A DNA stretch of 44,150 bases. Origin: a virus (lineage: Duplodnaviria; Heunggongvirae; Uroviricota; Caudoviricetes). Within the stretch, counting starts at the first letter, position 1. Each line of letters begins with the position of its first letter. The position numbers and the translations under genes were made by a program. The stretch lies in IMG/VR virus record IMGVR_UViG_3300045988_004957; one strand, written 5' to 3'. Positions 36,202-44,150 of this stretch are shown here, in pieces. A model generated the notes under the pieces. The model was not told the origin of the DNA and made no database searches. It saw only the letters and a program-made list of their open reading frames with translations.

Positions 36202-36230
36202 ATAGTATCCTATTATGTTGGGGTGTGCAA
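36202..36230 (-). promoter_or_regulatory. sigma70-like promoter with embedded dyad (site 4)
   Basis: Minus strand TTGCACACCCCAACATAATAGGATACTAT; dyad at 36201..36214. Confidence 0.55.
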
Positions 36231-36396
36231 GATAATAGTTACGTTGCCGTTGTGATTCTTTTGTTTCTTTAAAGAGTACGCAACGCAGCGGGTGGGCTAA
36301 AGCCCACCCCAGCGGAGTGAAGTACTCTCTACCTTGCTTACGGCAACTATAGAAACTTTTAATTATTAGTGACTTGGGTTATTTAGACGGGATTTA

Positions 36397-36539
36397 CAAT
36401 AGATTATGGCCCTTCCGAATGCAGGCAGCGACACTACACTCAGTGCTGACGCACCGCTCCGTTTCCTGCCGCACCGCGGTCGCTTGTTCATACTTCACAA
36501 GCTCAGGTGGAGCTTAGCACATTTCTTAGTAAAAGTCAA
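36397..36539. repeat. dispersed ~145-bp non-coding repeat, copy B
   Basis: Paralogue of 24066..24208; identical 43-bp block at 36474..36516. Confidence 0.9.
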
Positions 36540-36646
36540 TACCATTAGCATCTTTTGTATATTAGTAACTTTGTGTGGTGTTTTGGTTGCTTTTACATTC
36601 ACGCTATCCTATACTCGTTTTCACCAAACAAACAGGAGATATAAAA

Positions 36647-36829
36647 ATGCAGCATTACATGACACAGAATGAAGTGGCTGAACGTATCGGGGTGACACGT
36701 CAAACAATTAATAACTGGTTGCGCAGCGGTAAATTCCCTGATTGCTGTATTAAGGTTATGGGTCGCCGTTTACCAGGAACATTTGACCGTAATAAAGTTG
36801 AAGCATGGATTAAGGAGAACGTGAAATGA
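36647..36829 (+). CDS. AlpA/excisionase-like HTH DNA-binding protein
   Basis: 60 aa from ATG 36647 (SD CAGGAG); GKFP ... W pattern of AlpA-type HTH proteins. Confidence 0.55.
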   Translation: MQHYMTQNEVAERIGVTRQTINNWLRSGKFPDCCIKVMGRRLPGTFDRNKVEAWIKENVK

Positions 36830-37038
36830 TTGGGCGTATGGGTTGTTACTTTGAAAACTGTAAAGTTAAATACTGGTTTAAGTTTGCGTCGGAAATTACT
36901 GACAGCGGATTCTATGCGGAAATATGTAAGCCTAATCATTTGTTGGAACCGACACGCATTATTAAGATGCCAATCGAGGCTTTAAGTAAGTGTCGTTTCT
37001 ACGCTTCGGAGCGTGCGTGGATTGCGGGCGTTAAGTAA
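36826..37038 (+). CDS. hypothetical protein
   Basis: 70 aa, ATGA coupling to upstream gene. Confidence 0.45.
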   Translation: MIGRMGCYFENCKVKYWFKFASEITDSGFYAEICKPNHLLEPTRIIKMPIEALSKCRFYASERAWIAGVK

Positions 37039-37106
37039 AAGAAACCCCAACGCCAGAACGTCGGGGCTAAAGTACAAATCATCAAAGTAAGCATAAGGAT
37101 TATACA

Positions 37107-37235
37107 ATGACAAAGTTAATAGTTCCACAGCTACGCCGCCAGAAACACGGCGCTGACTTCTTCGCACCGGTAAAGATGAACCGCGCAATGCGCCGTATGC
37201 AGGAAGCCTTAGAACGTGCGGAGAAAAAGAAATGA
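37107..37235 (+). CDS. hypothetical protein (42 aa)
   Basis: ATG 37107 with SD AAGGA; basic; stop overlaps next start. Confidence 0.35.
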   Translation: MTKLIVPQLRRQKHGADFFAPVKMNRAMRRMQEALERAEKKK

Positions 37236-39484
37236 ATATTGTTTTTGCAACGCTGCGCAACACATTCGATAAAAACCCTGTAGCGCGTGAGATGCCGCTC
37301 GAGCAGTTTGTGGAGTATGTCTGCGATACATCGAAGCGTTTATCCGTGGATCCGTCGTGGTCTAAGGAAGAGTACGACGCTGCCAAGATTAAGCAGAAAG
37401 CTATTGCGCCTGTTGGGGGTCGCCGTAAAAACGCTATCCTGGAAGACAGTGTGGTTAAGTTCGATTTTGACCATCTCAACCGTACTCAGTACCGCGACCT
37501 TACCCGCAAATTCAAGAACGCACCGTTCTTCAATATTCTGCATACAACGGCATCGCATCAGCATGTGTGTAAAAACGGTGATTACGCCTTCCGCGTTCTG
37601 GTTCCGGCTCGCACGCCGTTTAACTCTAACGACGCGTGGATGGTCCAACGGGCTATTTGTGCAGAGTTAGAAATAGATGAAGCCTTGCGTGACCACTGCA
37701 CGGAAGACGGCAACCGCCTTATCTATCTGCCACATAGAGAGTCAAAGATAACGGTTACAGAAGGGCGTGTTATCCGTGCCGAGCGGTACATCAAGAAAGC
37801 CGAAGAGATGGGGTTGAGTAAACGTGAAGTTAAGACACTTGCCGCCGATGAGTATGGGCTTAACGCTGATATAGCGCATTTCTGCGAAGCCGAGCTTGGC
37901 CTTGACGCTTTATCTTCCGGGCGCGGGTACGAAGTCCCATGCCCTAACGAACATCTGCATACAGGCAAAGGCTCCACAAGCATCATGCTTGATGGTAAAG
38001 AAGTGCGCTTTGTGTGCCAGCATACAAACAACGGCGCTTGCACCGAGCTTAACCGCCGACAGCATTTGGCCCTGCGTATGTGCGGCCTGCCAGACGAGCT
38101 TAACGTAGACAAGCAACCTATCAGTATTAACAGCATTCGTGCGGCTCTGCCTGATTTACCGGATGAAGAGATTGAAGAACTGCACCGCACAGAGAACGAG
38201 GAGCCTGTAACTTGCACGCTGGAAGACCTTGAAGAAGAGGACGAGTTACCAGAACCGGTAAAGGCTGATTTCGTCGTTGAGGGGTACATGCCGTCGGATT
38301 GTATCTGGGATATTGTCGGGGAATCCGGCACGTACAAATCATTCTATACGCTGGGGATGATGTACCTGAGCGCCGCCGGGTACCGGTTTGCGGGGGCTGA
38401 CACCCAACGTTGCCACCATTTCTATATTGACGGCGAGGGTGGTGCAGCTACACGAACACGTATTGATGCACTCGCGGCTAAATATGGCGAGGAAGGTAAA
38501 GATTATGTACATGTCATCGATATGGGCGAAATACTCGCTACGCATGGTGATAAAAAAATTCCAGCTCTAATCCACAGGATGCGCGAAACCGCAGGGGATG
38601 AACCTATTGGCATGGTTGCCTTCGACACCCTTAACCAGACGCTGGCCCTGACGATTGATAAGTTCGACGAGAACAGTTCATCAACAGCAATCGGCATGGG
38701 TAAAGTTATCGCCATCCTGAAAGAAGTACGCGATGCAACTAAAGCCGCAGTAGGCGTTGTCCACCATACGCCGAAGGGTGGAAAGAAAGCACGCGGCAGT
38801 GGGGCGCTGTATGCGGGTGTTGACGTGGAACTGACAATCGAACGTGCAACCGACCGTCAGATAAACGTATATCACTCGAAATTCAAGCACGGTCCGCAAC
38901 AGAAGACGGTTGGCATGGTACTGGAGTCTGTACAGTTCCGTGAAGCACCGCCGCCGAAAGAGTACCGCGCGGTTGAGTTCCTCGGTAGCACAGAGGAATA
39001 CGGCACAATAGTAAACCTCGACCTGCCTGAGCCGCACAAGGCGCTTGTATTGATGCCGTGGGGCTTCGAGCCATTCAAGACCGACGAGGAGAAAGAGAGG
39101 GAAGAAGGGTTAACTAACGAAGGTAAACAAAATGTACGTAAAACCATAGAGAACGCCGTCAACAGTTCCGAGGCCACGATACTCGCGGCGTTTGAACTGG
39201 CGGAGGGGACCTACAACGGCAACGAGGGCATCACGGTATCCGCAGCGAATAAGCTCGCGCAGTCTGACCCCAACGCAAAGGCGTTTAACTCCAAAGAAGC
39301 CATAGAACGCGGGAAGATTAAGAAAATGGTTGAGGCTGGGTATCTTGTTCCGGGTACTGACGAAAACAATCAGATAATCCCAGGCCGTTACAGACTGAAC
39401 ACCATGATAACAGATAACAAGATTCCGAAGACAATATACGAACCGAATGAAATGCTGACAGTGACCGAGGAGGATTTGGAATGA
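37232..39484 (+). CDS. DNA primase / helicase
   Basis: 750 aa: Cys/His cluster CPNEHLH...C, Walker A-like GESGTYKS and Walker B VAFD in a RecA-like C-terminal half. Confidence 0.65.
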   Translation: MNIVFATLRNTFDKNPVAREMPLEQFVEYVCDTSKRLSVDPSWSKEEYDAAKIKQKAIAPVGGRRKNAILEDSVVKFDFDHLNRTQYRDLTRKFKNAPFFNILHTTASHQHVCKNGDYAFRVLVPARTPFNSNDAWMVQRAICAELEIDEALRDHCTEDGNRLIYLPHRESKITVTEGRVIRAERYIKKAEEMGLSKREVKTLAADEYGLNADIAHFCEAELGLDALSSGRGYEVPCPNEHLHTGKGSTSIMLDGKEVRFVCQHTNNGACTELNRRQHLALRMCGLPDELNVDKQPISINSIRAALPDLPDEEIEELHRTENEEPVTCTLEDLEEEDELPEPVKADFVVEGYMPSDCIWDIVGESGTYKSFYTLGMMYLSAAGYRFAGADTQRCHHFYIDGEGGAATRTRIDALAAKYGEEGKDYVHVIDMGEILATHGDKKIPALIHRMRETAGDEPIGMVAFDTLNQTLALTIDKFDENSSSTAIGMGKVIAILKEVRDATKAAVGVVHHTPKGGKKARGSGALYAGVDVELTIERATDRQINVYHSKFKHGPQQKTVGMVLESVQFREAPPPKEYRAVEFLGSTEEYGTIVNLDLPEPHKALVLMPWGFEPFKTDEEKEREEGLTNEGKQNVRKTIENAVNSSEATILAAFELAEGTYNGNEGITVSAANKLAQSDPNAKAFNSKEAIERGKIKKMVEAGYLVPGTDENNQIIPGRYRLNTMITDNKIPKTIYEPNEMLTVTEEDLE

Positions 39485-39795
39485 ATATTTACGATTTTAT
39501 AGATAACCCGTTTAAAGCAGTGAAGGCAGGATACCGCCCGTCATACCTGACATGTGTTTCCGCTGTAAGCAACAACTGGTGGACTTTTTGTGTGTATGCA
39601 GCGGGGATTTTTGCGGAGTTTAAAGACATTTTAGACATGACGCTGGCAGAGATTATAAAGTGCCTTTTCAAATTAATTATATCGATAACTATTGTTATAA
39701 GTTTTCCTGTAAGTGCGTGGTTTCTCGCCTGGATTCAGTACCTGAACGTGCAACACACTATTAAGAATTTGGAAGAACTCGATAAGTTGCTATAA
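39481..39795 (+). CDS. hypothetical membrane protein
   Basis: ATGA coupling with primase-helicase; two hydrophobic helices. Confidence 0.45.
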   Translation: MNIYDFIDNPFKAVKAGYRPSYLTCVSAVSNNWWTFCVYAAGIFAEFKDILDMTLAEIIKCLFKLIISITIVISFPVSAWFLAWIQYLNVQHTIKNLEELDKLL

Positions 39796-39800
39796 AAAGA

Positions 39801-39820
39801 AAGGGGCTTTAAGCCCCTTC
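39801..39820. terminator. bidirectional hairpin terminator
   Basis: AAGGGGCTT-T-AAGCCCCTT between convergent genes; overlaps 3' end of XRE gene. Confidence 0.6.
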
Positions 39821-40024
39821 ACCTAACGCCAGCCACTTGGCGTCTACTTCCAGAACTTCCGCCAGTTTGAACAGCGTTGCCGGGCGGACGTCCTGAGTTA
39901 CTCCAAGTGCCAGTTGGTTAATCGCGCCCTGGGAAACGCCGGTCAGGGCCGCCAAACGGCGCTGGGAGATGCCGAGTTCTTTACGGCGTTGTTCTACACG
40001 GATACCTAGTTCAGATGGTTGCAT
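39809..40024 (-). CDS. XRE-family HTH transcriptional regulator
   Basis: HTH signature LGISQRRLAALTGVSQGAINQLALG; SD AAGGAG; divergent from replication operon. Confidence 0.7.
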   Translation of the reverse strand: MQPSELGIRVEQRRKELGISQRRLAALTGVSQGAINQLALGVTQDVRPATLFKLAEVLEVDAKWLALGEGA

Positions 40025-40044
40025 GTCAATTACTCCTTAGTCAG

Positions 40045-40117
40045 TTGATATGTGAATAGTACCATATTAATTATTTTAGAAAAGCCCATTGACATGTGAA
40101 TAGTTCGCTATTATAGT
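40045..40117 (+). promoter_or_regulatory. two tandem promoters with dyad operators (sites 5 and 6)
   Basis: TTGATA-17 bp-TAATTA (weak -10) and TTGACA-17 bp-TATAGT; dyads at 40055..40068 and 40099..40112. Confidence 0.55.
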
Positions 40118-40145
40118 TAGCCCATACCAAACGAGAGGGGCGGAT

Positions 40146-40373
40146 ATGAACACAATAACGGGAGCCATAGCTAAAGGTTTTCTAGCAATTTTCGGAGAAT
40201 CGCAGGAAGTGTGCACAAAACATAAATTTGTACTTTCTTGCGTAGTCGGGGACGAGTTTGATGGGTTCGATAAACTTGTTGTCTGCGACCATTGCGGGCA
40301 AGAAGCTATTCAACACCCAAACGGTAAATTTGAATTAATAGACGATAGCCTTACAGAAGGCGACGGCGAGTAA
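40146..40373 (+). CDS. hypothetical protein (CxxC-containing)
   Basis: 75 aa, first gene after switch promoters; CDHCG motif; SD GAGAGGGG. Confidence 0.45.
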   Translation: MNTITGAIAKGFLAIFGESQEVCTKHKFVLSCVVGDEFDGFDKLVVCDHCGQEAIQHPNGKFELIDDSLTEGDGE

Positions 40374-40397
40374 CCCAAATAAACAGGAGAATAAATA

Positions 40398-40916
40398 ATG
40401 TTAGAGAAATTCTTAGTATTACTGGAACGTTTCGTAGTTGCGCATGAACTGATTGCTGCGAACAGTGCACGCCGTACTGAACTGCCGAAGGCTATCACGG
40501 CGCCATATGGTAAAGACGTCGACAGTGGTGTCGCAGAAACTGCAACAATCACGCCTACTGTTGTAAAAGAAGAAACAAAAGAAATCCCGGTCGAGGGTGA
40601 AGACGTAGTTGACACTAAACCGGCAGAAGAAGAGAAGCCGAAACGCAAGCCGCGTAAAGCTAAAGTAGAGGAACCTGCGCCAGAACCGGAAGAAGAGAAA
40701 GAAGAAGTCGATTACAAGTCTCTGCGTGACCAGATTCAGGCCATCGACGATGCAATTAATGAAGGTCCTAGCGATGCCGCGTGCGATGATTCTGATGAAC
40801 TGCTGGAAGAGTTCACAGGTAAGAAGATGAAGATTGCCGCGATTAAAGACGAAGACCTGGTTGAGTACCTGGAACGCCTGACAGCAATCAAGAACAAGTA
40901 TTTCGAAGAAGAATAA
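40398..40916 (+). CDS. acidic hypothetical protein
   Basis: 172 aa with Glu/Asp-rich C-terminal half and a basic KPKRKPRKAK patch; strong SD. Confidence 0.5.
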   Translation: MLEKFLVLLERFVVAHELIAANSARRTELPKAITAPYGKDVDSGVAETATITPTVVKEETKEIPVEGEDVVDTKPAEEEKPKRKPRKAKVEEPAPEPEEEKEEVDYKSLRDQIQAIDDAINEGPSDAACDDSDELLEEFTGKKMKIAAIKDEDLVEYLERLTAIKNKYFEEE

Positions 40917-40923
40917 CTATCTC

Positions 40924-40942
40924 GCGGCCTTCGGGCCGCTTT
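40924..40942 (+). terminator. intra-operon hairpin attenuator
   Basis: GCGGCC-TTCG-GGCCGC followed by TTTAACT. Confidence 0.45.
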
Positions 40943-40959
40943 AACTGAGGGTCGGAATT

Positions 40960-41232
40960 ATGATTTACCAACTCTACCGAGCCGTCGACAGGCGGGATAA
41001 CACAGAGGCGCTATGGCTATTGCGTGCTCCGTCCGGTGCGCACCAGATGGAAGAGATGGCGTACTTAGGAAAAGTACCACGGCCTAAAGATATAGGCCGT
41101 CACGTGTCACAGATTAAGCGCACAACTTTCGCCAAGCCTGACTTTTATGTCTTCGAGTCTATGTATGGGTGGGCCATGCACTGCGACCATAAGACACGAC
41201 ATTTAATTGACCAGTGGGAGAACAGGGTATGA
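40960..41232 (+). CDS. hypothetical protein
   Basis: 90 aa ORF, SD GAGGG. Confidence 0.45.
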   Translation: MIYQLYRAVDRRDNTEALWLLRAPSGAHQMEEMAYLGKVPRPKDIGRHVSQIKRTTFAKPDFYVFESMYGWAMHCDHKTRHLIDQWENRV

Positions 41233-41486
41233 ATTGGGTTAGCGTAAACGAAGCACTACCAGAGTCAAAAGATGATTCTGTTTTAGTTTGCTCAGTAGAC
41301 GGAAGTAAATGCGACGATAATGGGTTCCCGGAAGGCGGAATTGATTTTGTGCATATACAGGACTATTTCGACGACATTACTGCTGGGCTGGATGAAAACG
41401 GAAATCAGTTATATACGAAACGGTATATCGAGATGGGTATAACACACTGGATGTATTTACCAGAACTACCGGAGGAGGCTAAATAA
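41229..41486 (+). CDS. DUF551-like protein
   Basis: C-terminal ITHWMYLPELP motif; start taken at ATG 41229 (ATGA coupling). Confidence 0.45.
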   Translation: MNWVSVNEALPESKDDSVLVCSVDGSKCDDNGFPEGGIDFVHIQDYFDDITAGLDENGNQLYTKRYIEMGITHWMYLPELPEEAK

Positions 41487-42727
41487 TGATTCTAAAAGAA
41501 CGAGGCGGCAATAATGATGTACACGCCTTACTGTCGCCGTCAGGCGCTAAAAAGTGGCTGAGTTGTGCCGCATCGTTGGCCTGTGAAAAAGATATTCCTA
41601 ATACGTCGGGTAAAGCCGCGGTATTAGGCACAGCAATGCACACCATAGCAGAGATGCACCTTAACCAGTACATCAAAGGCACTGCGTTGCCGTTAGAGCG
41701 TGAAGTTGGAGCTTACGTGCTGGATGAAGGCAAAGGCCAGATTAAGGCACTAATCAGTCCGATGAAAGGCGCGGTACTGATTACGGCTGACATGATTGAG
41801 CAGGTGCGTAAGTACACCGACTACTGCAAAGCGCTTATCGACGTAGCGACTTACGCCAAGCTGGAAATGCGTGTCAATCTTACTGAGGTATTGCATCCGG
41901 GGTATGAAGGCGTTGAGACGTTCGGAACCGCTGACCTCGTTGCTGTCCAGGAACTGGCAAACACCGACGAGCACATGCTCATTATCGGCGACCTGAAAAC
42001 CGGGCGGCATCGCGTCGAAGCGAAAGAAAACAAGCAGCTTATGCTTTACGCTCTCGGTGTTTATCGCCGACTCAAGAGACGTTATAACATAACAGTTGTT
42101 CGTCTGGTAATCTTCCAGCCGTACACTGGCGGCGCGTCGGAGTGGGACATCTCGGTTGAAGGTATGGAGCTGTTCGCTAAGTTCGCACAGAAACGCGCAC
42201 TGTTAGCGCTTGATGCTTATCACCGTGGCAAGAAGAACCTGAAAGCGTCAGACTTCAAGCCGTCGGTTGATGGTTGTCAGTGGTGCCGGTTCTCTGAACA
42301 GTGCGTCGCGCGTACAAAGACGGTTAACTCTGTGCTGGCGGAAGAACTGGAGGACGACTTTGCCCTGGAACTTACGCCGGAGCAACTCGTAGCTGAGTAT
42401 GAGAAGTTGCCGTTGTTGCGCCAGCACATCGACAAGGTTGAGAAAGCGATGGCTGCCGCGTTGCATTCCGGTAAGAAAGTGCCGGGGTACAAGCTGGTTG
42501 AAGGCCGCCCGGGTAATCGTGCGTGGAAAGATGCAGAGAAAGTGGCTGGCAAGTATGGCATAGCGCTAATGAAGCAAGTGCTCATGACGCCAACCGAAGC
42601 GGTTAAAGTTGTGCCTGAAGATGAACTGAAAGACTTCATTACACGTAAGCCAGGCGCACCATGTGTCGCAACGGCAGATGACAAACGTCCTGAGTGGAAT
42701 CAGGTTACAGAGGAGGATTTAGAATGA
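41486..42727 (+). CDS. PD-(D/E)XK nuclease, Cas4/RecB-like
   Basis: Core D ... IGDLKTG ... QLMLYALG plus C-terminal Cys cluster CQWCRFSEQC typical of Cas4-like Fe-S exonucleases. Confidence 0.55.
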   Translation: MILKERGGNNDVHALLSPSGAKKWLSCAASLACEKDIPNTSGKAAVLGTAMHTIAEMHLNQYIKGTALPLEREVGAYVLDEGKGQIKALISPMKGAVLITADMIEQVRKYTDYCKALIDVATYAKLEMRVNLTEVLHPGYEGVETFGTADLVAVQELANTDEHMLIIGDLKTGRHRVEAKENKQLMLYALGVYRRLKRRYNITVVRLVIFQPYTGGASEWDISVEGMELFAKFAQKRALLALDAYHRGKKNLKASDFKPSVDGCQWCRFSEQCVARTKTVNSVLAEELEDDFALELTPEQLVAEYEKLPLLRQHIDKVEKAMAAALHSGKKVPGYKLVEGRPGNRAWKDAEKVAGKYGIALMKQVLMTPTEAVKVVPEDELKDFITRKPGAPCVATADDKRPEWNQVTEEDLE

Positions 42728-42927
42728 TTCAAGTAAATGAAATGCCGACTGATAAAGATTTTTTGATGGTATGGCGCTGGGATGGGTATCTACACTCGGA
42801 ATCGTTCACGTTCTTGAACGGTACCATGATGCGATACGACCCTGTAGAGGATGAGTTCGAACCGGCCGATATGCTTAATTTCGAGAACATAATCCCTATT
42901 GCAAAATTTTATTTGACACCTGAATAG
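42724..42927 (+). CDS. hypothetical protein
   Basis: ATG 42724 overlapping nuclease stop (ATGA); 67 aa. Confidence 0.45.
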   Translation: MIQVNEMPTDKDFLMVWRWDGYLHSESFTFLNGTMMRYDPVEDEFEPADMLNFENIIPIAKFYLTPE

Positions 42928-42941
42928 TTAGCTATTATAGT
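42913..42941 (+). promoter_or_regulatory. sigma70-like promoter with embedded dyad (site 7)
   Basis: TTGACA-17 bp-TATAGT; dyad 42923..42936 in spacer; overlaps 3' end of upstream ORF. Confidence 0.55.
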
Positions 42942-43000
42942 TCTAATCACTGACCGGGCAGCTTCCCGGAGTAAACGAAACTTAAAAGCGAGAAATTAAG

Positions 43001-43627
43001 ATGGGTATTAAACTGAATCTGCGTAAAGTAAACACTGCTTGGGTTAACGTATTTGAACGTGAAAAAGACCGTGAAAACGATGATGGCTCAATCACTAAAG
43101 GCCAGTACAGCGCGACTATCATCCTGCCGTCTGACCATGCTCAAATCGATGCACTCTACGACACCGTTTACGCTGTAGTTGAAGAAGCGTTAGGCGCAGC
43201 CGCTGCCGAGAAATGGATGAAGTCCAACTACGGTGAAGGTAAGCACATGGATAAATGCGCGATTAAAGACATTGCCGAGCGCGACAATCCGTTTGAAGAC
43301 TTCCCGGAAGGCTTCTACTTCAAAGCGAAGGCACAGAAACAGCCGCTGATTGTAACCTCTAAAAAAGGTGAGACTCAGGTAGAGCAGGACTTCAACGTAG
43401 ACGGCGAACAGATTGAAGGTGAACAGGTTTACAGCGGATGCTTAGCTAACGTAAGCGTTGAAATCTGGTTCAGCCAGAAATACAAAGTCCTCGGCGTTAA
43501 CCTGCTGGCGATTAAATACGTTGGCGAAGGCAAAGCGTTCGGCGGTTCTAAAGTCGCCGCGAGCGTCAATGACCTGGAAGATGACGAAGAAGATGAAGCA
43601 CCGCGCCGTGAACGTCGTCGCCGCTAA
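43001..43627 (+). CDS. putative ssDNA-binding protein (DUF2815-like)
   Basis: 208 aa with acidic Arg-rich tail; sits between Cas4-like nuclease and DNA polymerase. Confidence 0.45.
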   Translation: MGIKLNLRKVNTAWVNVFEREKDRENDDGSITKGQYSATIILPSDHAQIDALYDTVYAVVEEALGAAAAEKWMKSNYGEGKHMDKCAIKDIAERDNPFEDFPEGFYFKAKAQKQPLIVTSKKGETQVEQDFNVDGEQIEGEQVYSGCLANVSVEIWFSQKYKVLGVNLLAIKYVGEGKAFGGSKVAASVNDLEDDEEDEAPRRERRRR

Positions 43628-43647
43628 TATCTGAATCAATTTTAACT

Positions 43648-43670
43648 AAGGCCCTTCATTGGGCCTTTTT
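43648..43670 (+). terminator. rho-independent terminator / attenuator
   Basis: AAGGCCC-TTCATT-GGGCCTT followed by TTTTTAC. Confidence 0.6.
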
Positions 43671-43687
43671 ACTAGGGGTCAAAAATA

Positions 43688-44150
43688 ATGAGTTACCTGT
43701 TCTTAGACTTTGAAACATTCTCAGAAGCCGATTTGAAGAAAGTCGGTTCTTACGCTTACGCCGAACACCCGTCAACCGAAGTGCTTATCTGTACATATGC
43801 TTTTGACGACGAACCTGTGCGGGTATGGGATTGCACCGACGGCAGCGACATGCCGGGGGATTTACACCGCGCACTGCGCCGCCTTGTTAAGCCCAACAGC
43901 CGCATCAAGATGGTGTGGCACAACGGTGGACTTTTCGATCGCCTAATCATGAAACACTGCTGGGACTTTGATATTCCGGTAAGTAACACCATTGATACTA
44001 TGATTTGGGCGTTCCGTCACGCGCTGCCGGGTTCTCTTGATGCGCTGTGCGAAGTGCTGGGCGTGTCTGCAGACAACGCGAAAGATAAACGCGGCAAGGC
44101 TCTGATTAAGCGTTTCTCTAAACCGACGCCGAAGAACTACAAAATCCGCC
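43688..44150 (+). CDS. DNA polymerase family A, N-terminal 3'-5' exonuclease domain (3' end outside window)
   Basis: ATG 43688; Exo I-like motif LFLDFETFS; frame still open at window end. Confidence 0.8.
   Translation, partial: MSYLFLDFETFSEADLKKVGSYAYAEHPSTEVLICTYAFDDEPVRVWDCTDGSDMPGDLHRALRRLVKPNSRIKMVWHNGGLFDRLIMKHCWDFDIPVSNTIDTMIWAFRHALPGSLDALCEVLGVSADNAKDKRGKALIKRFSKPTPKNYKIR

Noticed and set aside
36406-36672. 88-aa ORF starting MALPNAG inside repeat copy B
   Set aside because: The paralogous copy A has an in-frame stop after 8 codons and frame-shifting indels, so the conservation is at nucleotide level; the downstream AlpA-like gene is better explained by ATG 36647 with its own SD
37723-38337. 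204-aa minus-strand ORF
   Set aside because: Antisense to the primase-helicase gene; Ser/Cys/Arg-rich, no RBS, not part of any co-directional gene array
36647-40024. Temperate lifestyle (AlpA-like and XRE regulators as an excisionase/repressor pair)
   Set aside because: No integrase, recombinase or attachment-site-like sequence was found in a window that appears to cover nearly the whole genome; treated as transcriptional regulators of a probably virulent phage
1-44150. tRNA or rRNA genes
   Set aside because: No stretch combining a T-loop-like GGTTCGAATCC motif with acceptor-stem complementarity was found; the large non-coding gaps are explained by promoters, terminators and the paralogous repeat

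Overview
The window reads as an almost complete genome (about 44 kb) of a tailed, siphovirus-type, apparently virulent phage, linearised inside its family-A DNA polymerase gene: the polymerase domain is at 1..1713 and the N-terminal exonuclease domain at 43688..44150, although the two ends do not join in frame. All calls come from reading the sequence and the ORF track by eye; no database or folding search was run. Layout: (i) plus-strand replication block 1..4640 (polymerase C-terminus, VRR-NUC, SNF2-like helicase, Toprim protein); (ii) minus-strand tail block 4668..14615 (tailspike, J-like fiber, K/L-like proteins, tape measure, chaperones); (iii) a plus-strand auxiliary island 14793..17191 (Imm-like membrane protein, HTH-metallophosphoesterase, HAD phosphatase, P-loop kinase) interrupting the tail genes; (iv) minus-strand tail/head/packaging block 17220..29402 (major tail, connector proteins, major capsid, scaffold, spanins, portal, terminase) with one embedded plus-strand moron; (v) minus-strand small-gene cluster and lysis cassette 29579..36167 (holin, HNH endonuclease, GH24 endolysin); (vi) plus-strand block 36647..44150 (AlpA-like HTH, primase-helicase, Cas4-like nuclease, SSB-like protein, polymerase N-terminus) with an XRE regulator on the opposite strand. 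No tRNA, rRNA, CRISPR array, integrase or transposase was recognised. The most interesting non-genic signals are a pair of ~145-bp paralogous non-coding elements with compensatory stem changes (candidate small-RNA loci), a dyad operator embedded in seven promoter-like sites, and a 40-bp tandem duplication across the holin start.
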